In this document: one piece after another, positions 44,964 to 53,456 of the stretch
Layout: every line of letters starts with the position of its first letter
How positions within the stretch are numbered: the first letter of the stretch is position 1
DNA from: a virus
Lineage: Duplodnaviria; Caudoviricetes
Strand: one strand, 5' to 3'
IMG/VR virus record: IMGVR_UViG_3300032050_000182
Span: 1-53,456 of that record
Length of the DNA stretch: 53,456 bases
Notes under the pieces: model-generated
What the model was told of the DNA's origin: nothing
The model's database searches: none
The model's input: only the letters and a program-made list of their open reading frames with translations
Program-made: the position numbers and the translations under genes

Positions 44964-45598
44964 ACTACTCTCAGCTTACTACGCTGATTCAGGACTATTG
45001 TGAGTCCACGGAGCAGAGCTTCGTGGCGAATATTCCTACGTTTGTGCAGTTGGCTGAAGAGCGGATTTACAACACGGTTCAACTTCCGGCCATTCGTAAG
45101 AACGTGACGGGTAGCACGAGCAACGGGAACCAATATCTCTCGTTGCCATCAGACTGGCTCTCGACGTTCTCAATGGCCGTGATTGACCCCACGACTCAGG
45201 ATTACGAGTACCTGCTCAATAAGGATGTGAACTACATCCGTGCGGCGTACCCGCCTCCGACCAGCACCGGCAAGCCTGCTTACTACGCCATCTTCGATGA
45301 CACGACGATGTTGCTGGGGCCGACTCCGGATGCGGCGTATACGATTGAACTGCACTATTACTACTACCCAACTTCCATCGTGAACTCGGGTACTTCTTGG
45401 CTCGGCACCAACTTTGAGACGGTGCTGCTGTACGGTTCGCTTCGTGAAGCCTATACCTACTTGAAAGGCTCCGAAGACATGATGAACTACTACGAGCAAA
45501 AGTATCAGGAGTCGCTGGGTCAACTGAAGCGCCTTGGCGATGGCTTGGATCGTCAGGATGCGTACCGTTCTGGTCAAGTTAGGGTTCCGGTGACTTAA
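44960..45598 (+). CDS. Adaptor / tail tubular protein A-like
   Basis: FVQLAEERI, GKPAYY, LGPTPD.AY, LLYGSL.EAY.YLK. Confidence 0.7.
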   Translation: MNYSQLTTLIQDYCESTEQSFVANIPTFVQLAEERIYNTVQLPAIRKNVTGSTSNGNQYLSLPSDWLSTFSMAVIDPTTQDYEYLLNKDVNYIRAAYPPPTSTGKPAYYAIFDDTTMLLGPTPDAAYTIELHYYYYPTSIVNSGTSWLGTNFETVLLYGSLREAYTYLKGSEDMMNYYEQKYQESLGQLKRLGDGLDRQDAYRSGQVRVPVT

Positions 45599-45840
45599 TG
45601 TTTAACGCAGGAACAGAAATCGGTAATGTGTTTGTCCAAACGACAGACCATCGTGAACATACGGTAGAAGAGATTGCGGAGCGTGCGGTTAATCGTGCGA
45701 TTCGCGTGGACTCACAAGAAGGTTTGAAGCAGGTACTAATTAAGTATCTGCAAGAGGCGCAAGACTCGGCCTTGAAGACTGCGCGACGTACGTTGATTGA
45801 ACAAGGTTTTGACGACGCGGCAGCGCGTTTAGGAGACTGA
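45598..45840 (+). CDS. Hypothetical virion-module protein
   Basis: 80 aa, TAATG overlap. Confidence 0.65.
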   Translation: MFNAGTEIGNVFVQTTDHREHTVEEIAERAVNRAIRVDSQEGLKQVLIKYLQEAQDSALKTARRTLIEQGFDDAAARLGD

Positions 45841-45841
45841 A

Positions 45842-46297
45842 ATGGCGATTACTCAGGCAATGGCTACGTCGTTTAAGGTTGAGATCCTTGACGGCATTCA
45901 TAACTTTGGTACCGGCGTGATCCGCGCTTCGACGGCTGCGGATGTGTTCAAGCTGGCCCTGTTTACTTCTTCGGCTACGTTGAGCGCCACGACTACGGCG
46001 TACTCTTCGGCTGACGAGGTTTCTTCGTCTGGCACGAACTACCCGGCTGGTGGTTTGACGCTGACGATCTCGCAGGTGCCGACTTCGAGCAGCACGACGG
46101 CCTTTATCGACTTTGATGATCTGACGTTCCCGAGCGCCACGATTACGGCCAACGGTGCGCTGATCTACAACGCGACTCAGGGTAACAAGGCGGTTGCGGT
46201 GTTGGCGTTTGGTAGTGACAAGACCTCGACGGCAGGTAACTTCACTATCCAATTCCCGGCTGCGGCTGCTTCGACTGCTATTCTGCGTATCGCTTAA
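45842..46297 (+). CDS. Virion structural protein (tail-associated)
   Basis: 151 aa Ala/Thr-rich, FKLALFT...GALIYN...VLAFG. Confidence 0.7.
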   Translation: MAITQAMATSFKVEILDGIHNFGTGVIRASTAADVFKLALFTSSATLSATTTAYSSADEVSSSGTNYPAGGLTLTISQVPTSSSTTAFIDFDDLTFPSATITANGALIYNATQGNKAVAVLAFGSDKTSTAGNFTIQFPAAAASTAILRIA

Positions 46298-46309
46298 TCG
46301 GAGGGTAAC

Positions 46310-48718
46310 ATGGCCCTCGTACTTGCGGATCGCGTCCTAGAGACGACGACCACTGCTGGTAGTGGCACGATTACCTTAGCTGGTGCAGAGCCGGGGTATC
46401 AGTCGTTTTCGGCTGTTGGTAACGGCAACCAGACCTACTACACCATTGCTAACGGTGCTGAGTGGGAAGTGGGCATCGGCACCTATACGGCTTCGGGGAC
46501 AACGCTCTCCCGAGATACGGTGCTGTCTTCTAGCGCAAGCGGCGCAAAGGTTACGCTCTCCGCAGGTACTAAGAACGTCTTCGTTACCTACCCGTCTGAA
46601 AAGTCAGTCAACTTCAACGTATCGGGCGACATCACGGCTGCTACAGGCAGGATCATCAATCTTGGTGCGCCTAGCCTGAATTCGGATGCGGCTACGAAAG
46701 AATACGTCGATAACATGACGACGGCTGCGCTGCACGTTCACGAGGCAGTTGTCCTTGCGACTCCAGCAAGTTCGGGACGTAACGATACTTACAACAACGG
46801 CACAGCGGGTGTTAGCGCAACTCTGACAGCGACAGCCAATGGCACCCTGACGATTGACAGCACGGTTGCTCAGGCGGCTCAGCGCGTTTTGATTAAGGAC
46901 TGCGACGATCAGGCCGAGAACGGGATTTACGTAGTTACAACGGTGGGCGACGGTTCTACCGCTTATGTAATGACCCGCGCATCTGATGCTGATACGTACG
47001 GTGAGCAGGGCGCTGAATCGCTTGACGAGGGTAGCTACTTCTTCGTCACGGGTGGTACGTCGTTAAAGGGCGCTGCTTTTGTCTGCAACACTGCGGGCAC
47101 GATTACGTTCGGTACGACGCCGATTACGTTTGGCGAGTTCAGTCAGGCACAAGTCTACTCAGCCGGTAATGGCATCAGTCTTACCGCTACGACTATTTCA
47201 CTCGCTTCGCCTGTTGTTGTTTCTAATGGCGGCACAGGGCTGACTACAACACCGACCAACGGCCAACTGCTGATCGGTAACGGCACGGGCTACACACTCT
47301 CGACCCTTACGGCAGGATCAGGTGTCTCCATCACGAACAGTGCTGGCAGCATCACGCTCTCTGCGACGGGCGCGGGCGGTACGGTCACGGCTGTTACAGC
47401 GACTGGGCCTTTGGCTTCGTCAGGCGGCACGACTCCTGATATCAGCATTGCCAATACGACTGGTACGGGTAGTGTTGTTCTAGATCAAGGCGCGACCATC
47501 TCCAGTGCCACGATCACGGCTGCACTCAGTGCGTCCATCACGACGATCACGGGTACGTCGGCTAACATTACCACCGTCTCCGGCACCACGGCACGGTTCA
47601 GCAGCGCGGCTATCACTCAACTGAGCGGCACCTCGGCGGGTATTACAACTGTCTCGGGAACAACGACTACGTTCTCAAGCGGCACGATCACTCAGTTCGG
47701 CGCGACCTCTGCGACGATTGCCAGCGTCTCTGGTACGAACGCTACCTATTCCAACGGTAACTTCACGAGTGCGACAGTCTCAACGATCTCCGGCACGACG
47801 GCTACTTATACGTCTGCCACGGTCACGAATCTGAATGTGACCAGCGTTACGCTGAGCAATCTCAGTATTGCCTCGGCTAACATCACGACTCTCACCGGTA
47901 CGACGTTTGGTACAACTGGTGCTACTCAGTTGCGTGGCGCATCTGCGACCATCAATAATGTTTATGTTCCTAATGCACTTTCAGTTTCTGCGACTGGGGC
48001 TAGATGGGATTCTAACGGCGATATTTATTCGTATCGTTCTGGTGGTACAACCGGTGTCATTTTCTTAAGTAGTAGCGCCACTCGTTATCTGTATTGGGAC
48101 GGCACCACATATTCTATGCCCGGTGGTCAACTTGACGTAAACGGGCAACGTGTTCTCAATGCGGGTAACTATAATACTTACGCTGTACCTGCTAAGACAT
48201 CATCAGATTGGAGCAATGCTCCGTCTGTAATCAGTAACGTAGTTGGCTTGATGGCGTGGAAGAACTACGGTAATAGCCACGTTATCTTTGATGCTTCAGC
48301 AAGTACGAGTCCTGCTGGTGGGGCGGTAAATAATACCAATTCAAGCTCTCCTTGGATTGCTTCGTATCCTACTTTGATGGGCTGGAATGGCGCAGGTACA
48401 TACGGCGTTCGAGTTGATTCCTGCCGAGTAGCCGATAACGGCCTTCCAATCGTTAACGTAACCTCGTCCACAAGTATTGCTGCGACGGCTGGTAATCATT
48501 ACATTTTGCGTGGCGGCGCTACGACGGTAACTTTGCCTGCATCGCCTGCTGCGGGCGCTCTAGTGTGGGTCACGGTATCCAACGGTCGCTCTGATAACGT
48601 CATTGCTCGTAACGGACAGAACATCCAAGGTTTGGCAGAAAACATGACGTTGGATGCGGCATACGCCGCAGTTCAGCTTCGCTTCTCCGATGCCACGATG
48701 GGTTGGGTATTCTGTTAA
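46310..48718 (+). CDS. Tail fibre protein
   Basis: 802 aa Thr/Ser/Gly-rich; [26 protein letters not shown]...NGQLLIGNG modules. Confidence 0.8.
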   Translation: MALVLADRVLETTTTAGSGTITLAGAEPGYQSFSAVGNGNQTYYTIANGAEWEVGIGTYTASGTTLSRDTVLSSSASGAKVTLSAGTKNVFVTYPSEKSVNFNVSGDITAATGRIINLGAPSLNSDAATKEYVDNMTTAALHVHEAVVLATPASSGRNDTYNNGTAGVSATLTATANGTLTIDSTVAQAAQRVLIKDCDDQAENGIYVVTTVGDGSTAYVMTRASDADTYGEQGAESLDEGSYFFVTGGTSLKGAAFVCNTAGTITFGTTPITFGEFSQAQVYSAGNGISLTATTISLASPVVVSNGGTGLTTTPTNGQLLIGNGTGYTLSTLTAGSGVSITNSAGSITLSATGAGGTVTAVTATGPLASSGGTTPDISIANTTGTGSVVLDQGATISSATITAALSASITTITGTSANITTVSGTTARFSSAAITQLSGTSAGITTVSGTTTTFSSGTITQFGATSATIASVSGTNATYSNGNFTSATVSTISGTTATYTSATVTNLNVTSVTLSNLSIASANITTLTGTTFGTTGATQLRGASATINNVYVPNALSVSATGARWDSNGDIYSYRSGGTTGVIFLSSSATRYLYWDGTTYSMPGGQLDVNGQRVLNAGNYNTYAVPAKTSSDWSNAPSVISNVVGLMAWKNYGNSHVIFDASASTSPAGGAVNNTNSSSPWIASYPTLMGWNGAGTYGVRVDSCRVADNGLPIVNVTSSTSIAATAGNHYILRGGATTVTLPASPAAGALVWVTVSNGRSDNVIARNGQNIQGLAENMTLDAAYAAVQLRFSDATMGWVFC

Positions 48719-48721
48719 GCC

Positions 48722-49417
48722 ATGTTCGGCTTTACCCCATTTGCCGCCGCGCCATTTGCAGATCTTGGTAGCGGCGATGTAAACGTACAGGTTACTGGGG
48801 TAGAAGCCACCGGACAGCTTGGTGATGTCCTTATCATCGCTCAGGCCGACGTATTTCCGGCAGGTGTATCTGCTACGGCGGAACTGGGTAATGTCACTAT
48901 CCAGATCGTCTTCATCATCGAAGTCACGGGCCTTGAAGCTACAGGTTTCGTTGGTGATGCTCGTGCTGCGGCATCGGCTAATGCTCCGGTTACAGGCGTT
49001 TCGGCTTCTGGTGCAGTTGGCGATGTCACTGTCGTTGCCGAGTCGGTTGTATTCCCATCAGGGGTTGTCGGCACGGGTGAGACCGGCGATGTGTTCGTTA
49101 CCGGTATTGCTATTTTCTCCGTTACCGGCGTTGAAGGCACGGCGGAACTTGGCACGGTCACGGTCAGTATCCCCAAGGATGTCCCAGTCACGGGGGTGTC
49201 AGCCACAGGTGCGGTCGGTACTGTCTCTGTTACTGGCTCGGCTGTCGTGTTCCCGACCGGCGTTACCGGAACCGGCGCTATTGGTCAAGTCCTTGTTTGG
49301 GGTAAGATTGTCCCAGTTCCGACCGGGCCTTGGACTCCTGTGGATGATTCGCAGGCGGGTACATGGACACCGATTGACGATACACAAACGCCTAATTGGA
49401 TAGATATAGCGGCGTGA
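48722..49417 (+). CDS. Repetitive Val/Gly/Thr virion protein
   Basis: About eight ~22-aa repeats of VTGVxATGxVGxVxV. Confidence 0.7.
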   Translation: MFGFTPFAAAPFADLGSGDVNVQVTGVEATGQLGDVLIIAQADVFPAGVSATAELGNVTIQIVFIIEVTGLEATGFVGDARAAASANAPVTGVSASGAVGDVTVVAESVVFPSGVVGTGETGDVFVTGIAIFSVTGVEGTAELGTVTVSIPKDVPVTGVSATGAVGTVSVTGSAVVFPTGVTGTGAIGQVLVWGKIVPVPTGPWTPVDDSQAGTWTPIDDTQTPNWIDIAA

Positions 49418-49425
49418 GGTTTTAA

Positions 49426-50958
49426 ATGGCTAGTACATACTCAACCAATCTTGGCATCGAACTGATCGGAACAGGTGATCAGGCCGGTGCATGGGGTAAC
49501 ACCACCAACACGAACCTCGGCACGCTCATTGAGCAGGCCATCTCGGGGTACGTCACGCAGGCAGTCTCTACCGGAACAGATACGGTAATCACGATCCCAA
49601 GTGGTGCTACGGGTGTCGCCCGTAATATGTATATAGAGTTGACGGGCACGGGTGGTACGAACACCAACCTGATTGTCCCTGCCAACAAGAAGCTCTACTT
49701 CATCTATAACAACACCTCGTCTGGTCAGGTCACGGTCAAAGTGGCAGGACAAACCGGCGTGTCTGTGCCGAATGGCGTGAAGACGATTTTGGTGTCGAAC
49801 GGTACGGACATTGTTGATGCGACTTCTTACATCAATGGAGTTAGCGCCAACATCACAGTGCTAACTTCAAGCTCTGCCACGATCACGAATCTTCGTGCGA
49901 CCAGTCTTGTTGTTTCCAATGCTCTGGGCATTGCTCAAGGCGGTACGGGTAGTAGCCTCACCCCGTCTAACGGACAACTTCTGGTTGGTAATGGTACGGG
50001 ATTTACGCTCAACACTCTGAACGGTGGCCCCGGTGTCGGCATCACGAACGCGGCTGGCTCTATCACCATCACGGCCACGGGCACGGGCTTTATCGGCTCG
50101 GTCAACGCGACTTCACCGCTTCAGTCAGTAGGCACGCAGTCAATTACGATCAGTCTTGCTAGTGCTGTACCGATTTCGTTGGGCGGTACAGGACAAACTT
50201 CAGCCCCTGCGAACGGTCGTTTACTGATTGGTAACGGCACAAGCTTTGTGCTGTCCAACCTGACGGCAGGTACCGGCGTTTCTATTACCAACGGTGCTGG
50301 GTCTATCACTATTTCAGCAACGGGTTCTACCGGCGATATCACGTTTACCAGCGCAACTATTGCGTCTGTAAATACCAATCAGAATATCAATCTGATGGCT
50401 AACGGGACTGGTGCGGTAAACGTCAACACCACTGCTCCTTATCTTGCTGGCAGTTATGCCATGAATGTTTTCGCCAGTACATCTGGAAAAATTTACGGCA
50501 TGTTGGTCAAGAGCATTCAGCAACCTAGAGAGTGTGTTTCTTTTTGGAACGAAGCGAGTACAGGTGATAATCTTTTTGCTGTTTTCTTCACAGAAAGTAC
50601 TTTTGACGTAAGAGGAAGTATTACCTATAACAGAGGCGCTGGTCAGGTTGCATACAACACGACCTCTGATCGTCGCGCAAAAACAATTTACGGGCCTGTT
50701 ACTAATAGCGGCCAGATTGTTGATGAACTGAAGGTTTATACCGGGAAAATGAACTGGGGCACGACTCAGTACCCAATGATGATTGCCGATGAAGCGCAGC
50801 AAGTGACGCCGTACTGCGTTACAGGTCAGCCTAATGCTGTTGACGATAAAGGAAAGCCGATTTATCAACAGATGGACTACAGTGCTTTGGTTCCGCTGTT
50901 GATTGCAGAAGTTCAGTCACTACGCGCACGTGTTGCAGAACTAGAGGCGAAAAACTGA
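49426..50958 (+). CDS. Tail fibre with C-terminal intramolecular chaperone (peptidase S74)
   Basis: TSDRRAK autocleavage motif; MIADEAQQV.P, MDYSALVPLLIAEVQSL coiled coil. Confidence 0.85.
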   Translation: MASTYSTNLGIELIGTGDQAGAWGNTTNTNLGTLIEQAISGYVTQAVSTGTDTVITIPSGATGVARNMYIELTGTGGTNTNLIVPANKKLYFIYNNTSSGQVTVKVAGQTGVSVPNGVKTILVSNGTDIVDATSYINGVSANITVLTSSSATITNLRATSLVVSNALGIAQGGTGSSLTPSNGQLLVGNGTGFTLNTLNGGPGVGITNAAGSITITATGTGFIGSVNATSPLQSVGTQSITISLASAVPISLGGTGQTSAPANGRLLIGNGTSFVLSNLTAGTGVSITNGAGSITISATGSTGDITFTSATIASVNTNQNINLMANGTGAVNVNTTAPYLAGSYAMNVFASTSGKIYGMLVKSIQQPRECVSFWNEASTGDNLFAVFFTESTFDVRGSITYNRGAGQVAYNTTSDRRAKTIYGPVTNSGQIVDELKVYTGKMNWGTTQYPMMIADEAQQVTPYCVTGQPNAVDDKGKPIYQQMDYSALVPLLIAEVQSLRARVAELEAKN

Positions 50959-50959
50959 T

Positions 50960-51949
50960 ATGAGTTTGTTCACTCAATTTACTAACACTACTACGGGCGG
51001 TCGATACACGCTGATATCTAGCTCGCGTACGTTCACTATTCCGCAGTCGGGTACATATCGTTTATATGTGTGCGGTGCTGGCGGAAGTGGTGGATCGCTC
51101 GGACCTTCTTGGGGTCTTCCTGCCGCTGCTCTTGGCGGTGGAGCCGGGGGTCTCGCCATCAAAACCGCTTACTTCAATGCAGGCACTAACCTTGTTATGA
51201 CGATTGGCGCTGGTGGCACTGGCGCTGTAGGTTTTGTTGCAAACGGTACTGGTGGTGGAGCAACTAACGTAGCTGGTGGTGGAATTAACGTCACAGCAAA
51301 CGGTGGCGGCGCTGGCGGTATTGTAGGTGGTAGTACTGGAACGTGGAACGGCGGCGGTGGCGGCACTGCGGGCGGTGGCGATTTTAATTTTACTGGCGGC
51401 GCTGGCGGAGTAGTGCAAATTAACGGCGGCGGTGGACAAGCCGCTTCAGGAGGCGGTGCGGTTGCATGGAACGGTATTGGCTACGCTGGTGGAACCGCGA
51501 TTACATCTAACTGGTTTGTAGGTGCTGGCGGTGCTGGCGTTGGCGGATCAGGTGGTACAGCTACTGGAAATAATGACCAATGCGCTTCTGGTGGTGGCGG
51601 AGCCTTTGGCCCCGGCCCTGCGGTTACAGACAATCGGTTTGGTTCAGCCAACAACTCTCGCGGAGCGGGATTAAACGGTTTCACCAACAATACTCTCTAC
51701 TTTTCACAAGATCTTTTAAATCCCGCTGGGTGGGGCGGCGCACAAGGTGGCGGTGCCGCAGACTGGGGCGGTGGAGGTGGTGGTACATCAGCGGGTGGTA
51801 CTGGCCCTACTATGATGGGTCTTGGCGGCAGTGGCGGTGCTGCTGAGAACTCGATCAGTGGGCTTGTTGTTTATGGCGGCGGTTCTGGTGGCGGTTCTAA
51901 CGGTACTAGTAGAGGCGGTAACGGATTCGTAATTATCGCTTGGAGTTAA
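50960..51949 (+). CDS. Glycine-rich tail adhesin-like protein
   Basis: GAGGSGG, GGGAGG repeats, ends GGNGFVII; follows tail fibre. Confidence 0.75.
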   Translation: MSLFTQFTNTTTGGRYTLISSSRTFTIPQSGTYRLYVCGAGGSGGSLGPSWGLPAAALGGGAGGLAIKTAYFNAGTNLVMTIGAGGTGAVGFVANGTGGGATNVAGGGINVTANGGGAGGIVGGSTGTWNGGGGGTAGGGDFNFTGGAGGVVQINGGGGQAASGGGAVAWNGIGYAGGTAITSNWFVGAGGAGVGGSGGTATGNNDQCASGGGGAFGPGPAVTDNRFGSANNSRGAGLNGFTNNTLYFSQDLLNPAGWGGAQGGGAADWGGGGGGTSAGGTGPTMMGLGGSGGAAENSISGLVVYGGGSGGGSNGTSRGGNGFVIIAWS

Positions 51950-51951
51950 TT

Positions 51952-52332
51952 GTGATTTATCAAATTTTAAACGACGTTGGCGAAGTCATTAACAGAATTG
52001 TTGCTGACGAGGCTTTTGTAGAAGCTGCTTACCCCGGTCGGTACAGGCTGGAAGGTCCCGAGTCTTTGATTGTTGATCCAGCCATTATTACGAAAATTGC
52101 CATGATTACTCGGTTCCTTGATGCTGAGTATACGGGCATCCTGTCTGCTGCAAAGACTGACGTTGAAGTGCAAGGCTGGCTAGACCGTTTTTACGCTGCT
52201 GGAGCGATTGACCTTGGCGATACCCGAACTATTGACGGTATCAACATGATGGTTAGCAAAGGATTACTTGTTCCTGCTCGCGCAACAGAAATTTTGACAG
52301 CCCCGGTTCGTCAGGATGAGAAGCCGCAATGA
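51952..52332 (+). CDS. Tail fibre-associated/assembly protein
   Basis: GTG at 51952 after GGAG; NRIVAD, GLL..ARA.EIL. Confidence 0.55.
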   Translation: MIYQILNDVGEVINRIVADEAFVEAAYPGRYRLEGPESLIVDPAIITKIAMITRFLDAEYTGILSAAKTDVEVQGWLDRFYAAGAIDLGDTRTIDGINMMVSKGLLVPARATEILTAPVRQDEKPQ

Positions 52333-52988
52333 TTGACGGAATGGACAAGTGCACCACCCCAAGCATCGCGCAAGTGTTGGCGCAGAAATATCCTGCGCTC
52401 AAGTATGAAGTTGGTGATGACTTCATTGGGATATACGACGGTCTGTTCAGTAAAGAATACTGCGACCGTTGGATCAAGCATTTTGAAACCGCAGACGCTA
52501 ATGGGTTTGGCTATAACCGATTACAAGGACTTCAACGTGATGGTCATATAAATGCTGACCAGTCAATAGACTATGCAAACGCGGCGTTCTATCATGACCA
52601 CAGTATGAAACTTGAATGCGGCGAGTTTAACGTCGCGTTTTGGGAAGCTTGTTATGCGTTATACGCTGAAAAGTTTTCGATACTGAAGACAGCAGACCAA
52701 CACAAAATTTACGAAGTCAAAATACAGCGTACTCGTCCGAAAGAGGGGTACCACATTTGGCACTGTGAAGATACGACGCGGCTAAAACGTAATCGCCTGC
52801 TGACTTTTATTGTCTATTTGAACGATATTGAAGATGGCGGTGAGACCGAGTTCCTGTACTTGAGTAAGCGCGTAAAACCGGTTACTGGCCGTGTTGTGCT
52901 TTGGCCTGCTGGATATACCCACACACATCGTGGCAATCCTCCGCTGAAAGATACCAAATACATCATCACTGGCTGGGTGGAGTTCTAA
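52329..52988 (+). CDS. 2OG-Fe(II) oxygenase
   Basis: WHCED (HxD/E), YLND...GGETEF, HRG.PP, KYIITGW. Confidence 0.9.
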   Translation: MIDGMDKCTTPSIAQVLAQKYPALKYEVGDDFIGIYDGLFSKEYCDRWIKHFETADANGFGYNRLQGLQRDGHINADQSIDYANAAFYHDHSMKLECGEFNVAFWEACYALYAEKFSILKTADQHKIYEVKIQRTRPKEGYHIWHCEDTTRLKRNRLLTFIVYLNDIEDGGETEFLYLSKRVKPVTGRVVLWPAGYTHTHRGNPPLKDTKYIITGWVEF

Positions 52989-52990
52989 TC

Positions 52991-53456
52991 ATGATGACCC
53001 TAGTCTCGACGTTCCTTTCATTCCTCGCAGGCGGCTTGCCCAAAATCTTGTCGATCTTTCAAGACCGGCAGGATAAGAAGCACGAACTTGCACTTGTCGC
53101 TGCCCAGAAGGAGCGTGAGTTGGCTTTGGCTGAGCGAGGCTTCTTGGCACAGGCAAAAGTTGAAGAGATTAAGCTGGAGCAGATCCAGACTCAGACCGCT
53201 GCCGAAGAACGTCAGGCTCTCTATCAGCACGACATCGAGATCGGTAAAGGTGCGTCTCAATGGATGATCAATCTTCGCGCTTCGGTGCGTCCGGTCGTGA
53301 CATACATCTTCGTGCTGGAACTCGTGGCGCTGAATGTCGCCGGGGTTTGGTATGCGTACACCACCGGCATCCCGTTTGCGATTGCCATGGAGAATGTCTT
53401 CTCGGACGACGAGATGTTGATTCTGAGTTCAATCATCGCGTTTTGGTTCGGGACGC
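52991..53456 (+). CDS. 3'-truncated holin-like protein (3TM / GTA-holin type)
   Basis: Open frame MMTLVSTFLSFLAGGLPK...ASVRPVVTY...IIAFWFG running off the window. Confidence 0.7.
   Translation, partial: MMTLVSTFLSFLAGGLPKILSIFQDRQDKKHELALVAAQKERELALAERGFLAQAKVEEIKLEQIQTQTAAEERQALYQHDIEIGKGASQWMINLRASVRPVVTYIFVLELVALNVAGVWYAYTTGIPFAIAMENVFSDDEMLILSSIIAFWFGT

Noticed and set aside
46310-51949. Diversity-generating retroelement or invertible tail-fibre system
   Set aside because: No reverse transcriptase or invertase, and no adenine-specific repeat pair seen; fibre repeats are diverged at synonymous sites
1-53456. tRNA genes, integrase/att sites, stop-codon reassignment
   Set aside because: No cloverleaf or recombinase motifs seen; genes tile densely under the standard code

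Overview
The window is most of the genome of a tailed dsDNA phage (Caudoviricetes, podovirus-like) that probably infects a proteobacterium. A minus-strand early/replication arm (about 6.8-31.1 kb) encodes a primase-helicase, SSB-like protein, SNF2 helicase, Cas4-like exonuclease, family A DNA polymerase, a glycosyltransferase/methyltransferase cluster, an RNA polymerase alpha-CTD homolog, a DUF3150-like/AAA/vWA-peptidase triad and many small ORFs behind sigma70-like promoters. A plus-strand late arm (31.4 kb to the end, and 1-6.8 kb) encodes terminase, portal, GroES, scaffold, Mu gpT-like capsid, small basic proteins, adaptors, tail fibres, a 2OG-Fe(II) oxygenase, a holin and a 2070-aa polyvalent protein. 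Best candidate for an undescribed system: a ~155-nt multi-hairpin small RNA (13211->13057, minus strand) with its own promoter and terminator, whose loops are antisense to ribosome-binding sites of at least six of the phage's own minus-strand genes. Also notable: the stand-alone alpha-CTD with altered activator-contact surfaces, a symmetric iteron/IHF-like origin candidate, and a pseudoknotted RNA after the capsid gene. No tRNA, CRISPR array, integrase or reverse transcriptase was seen. Family names come from motif recognition by eye, not database searches.
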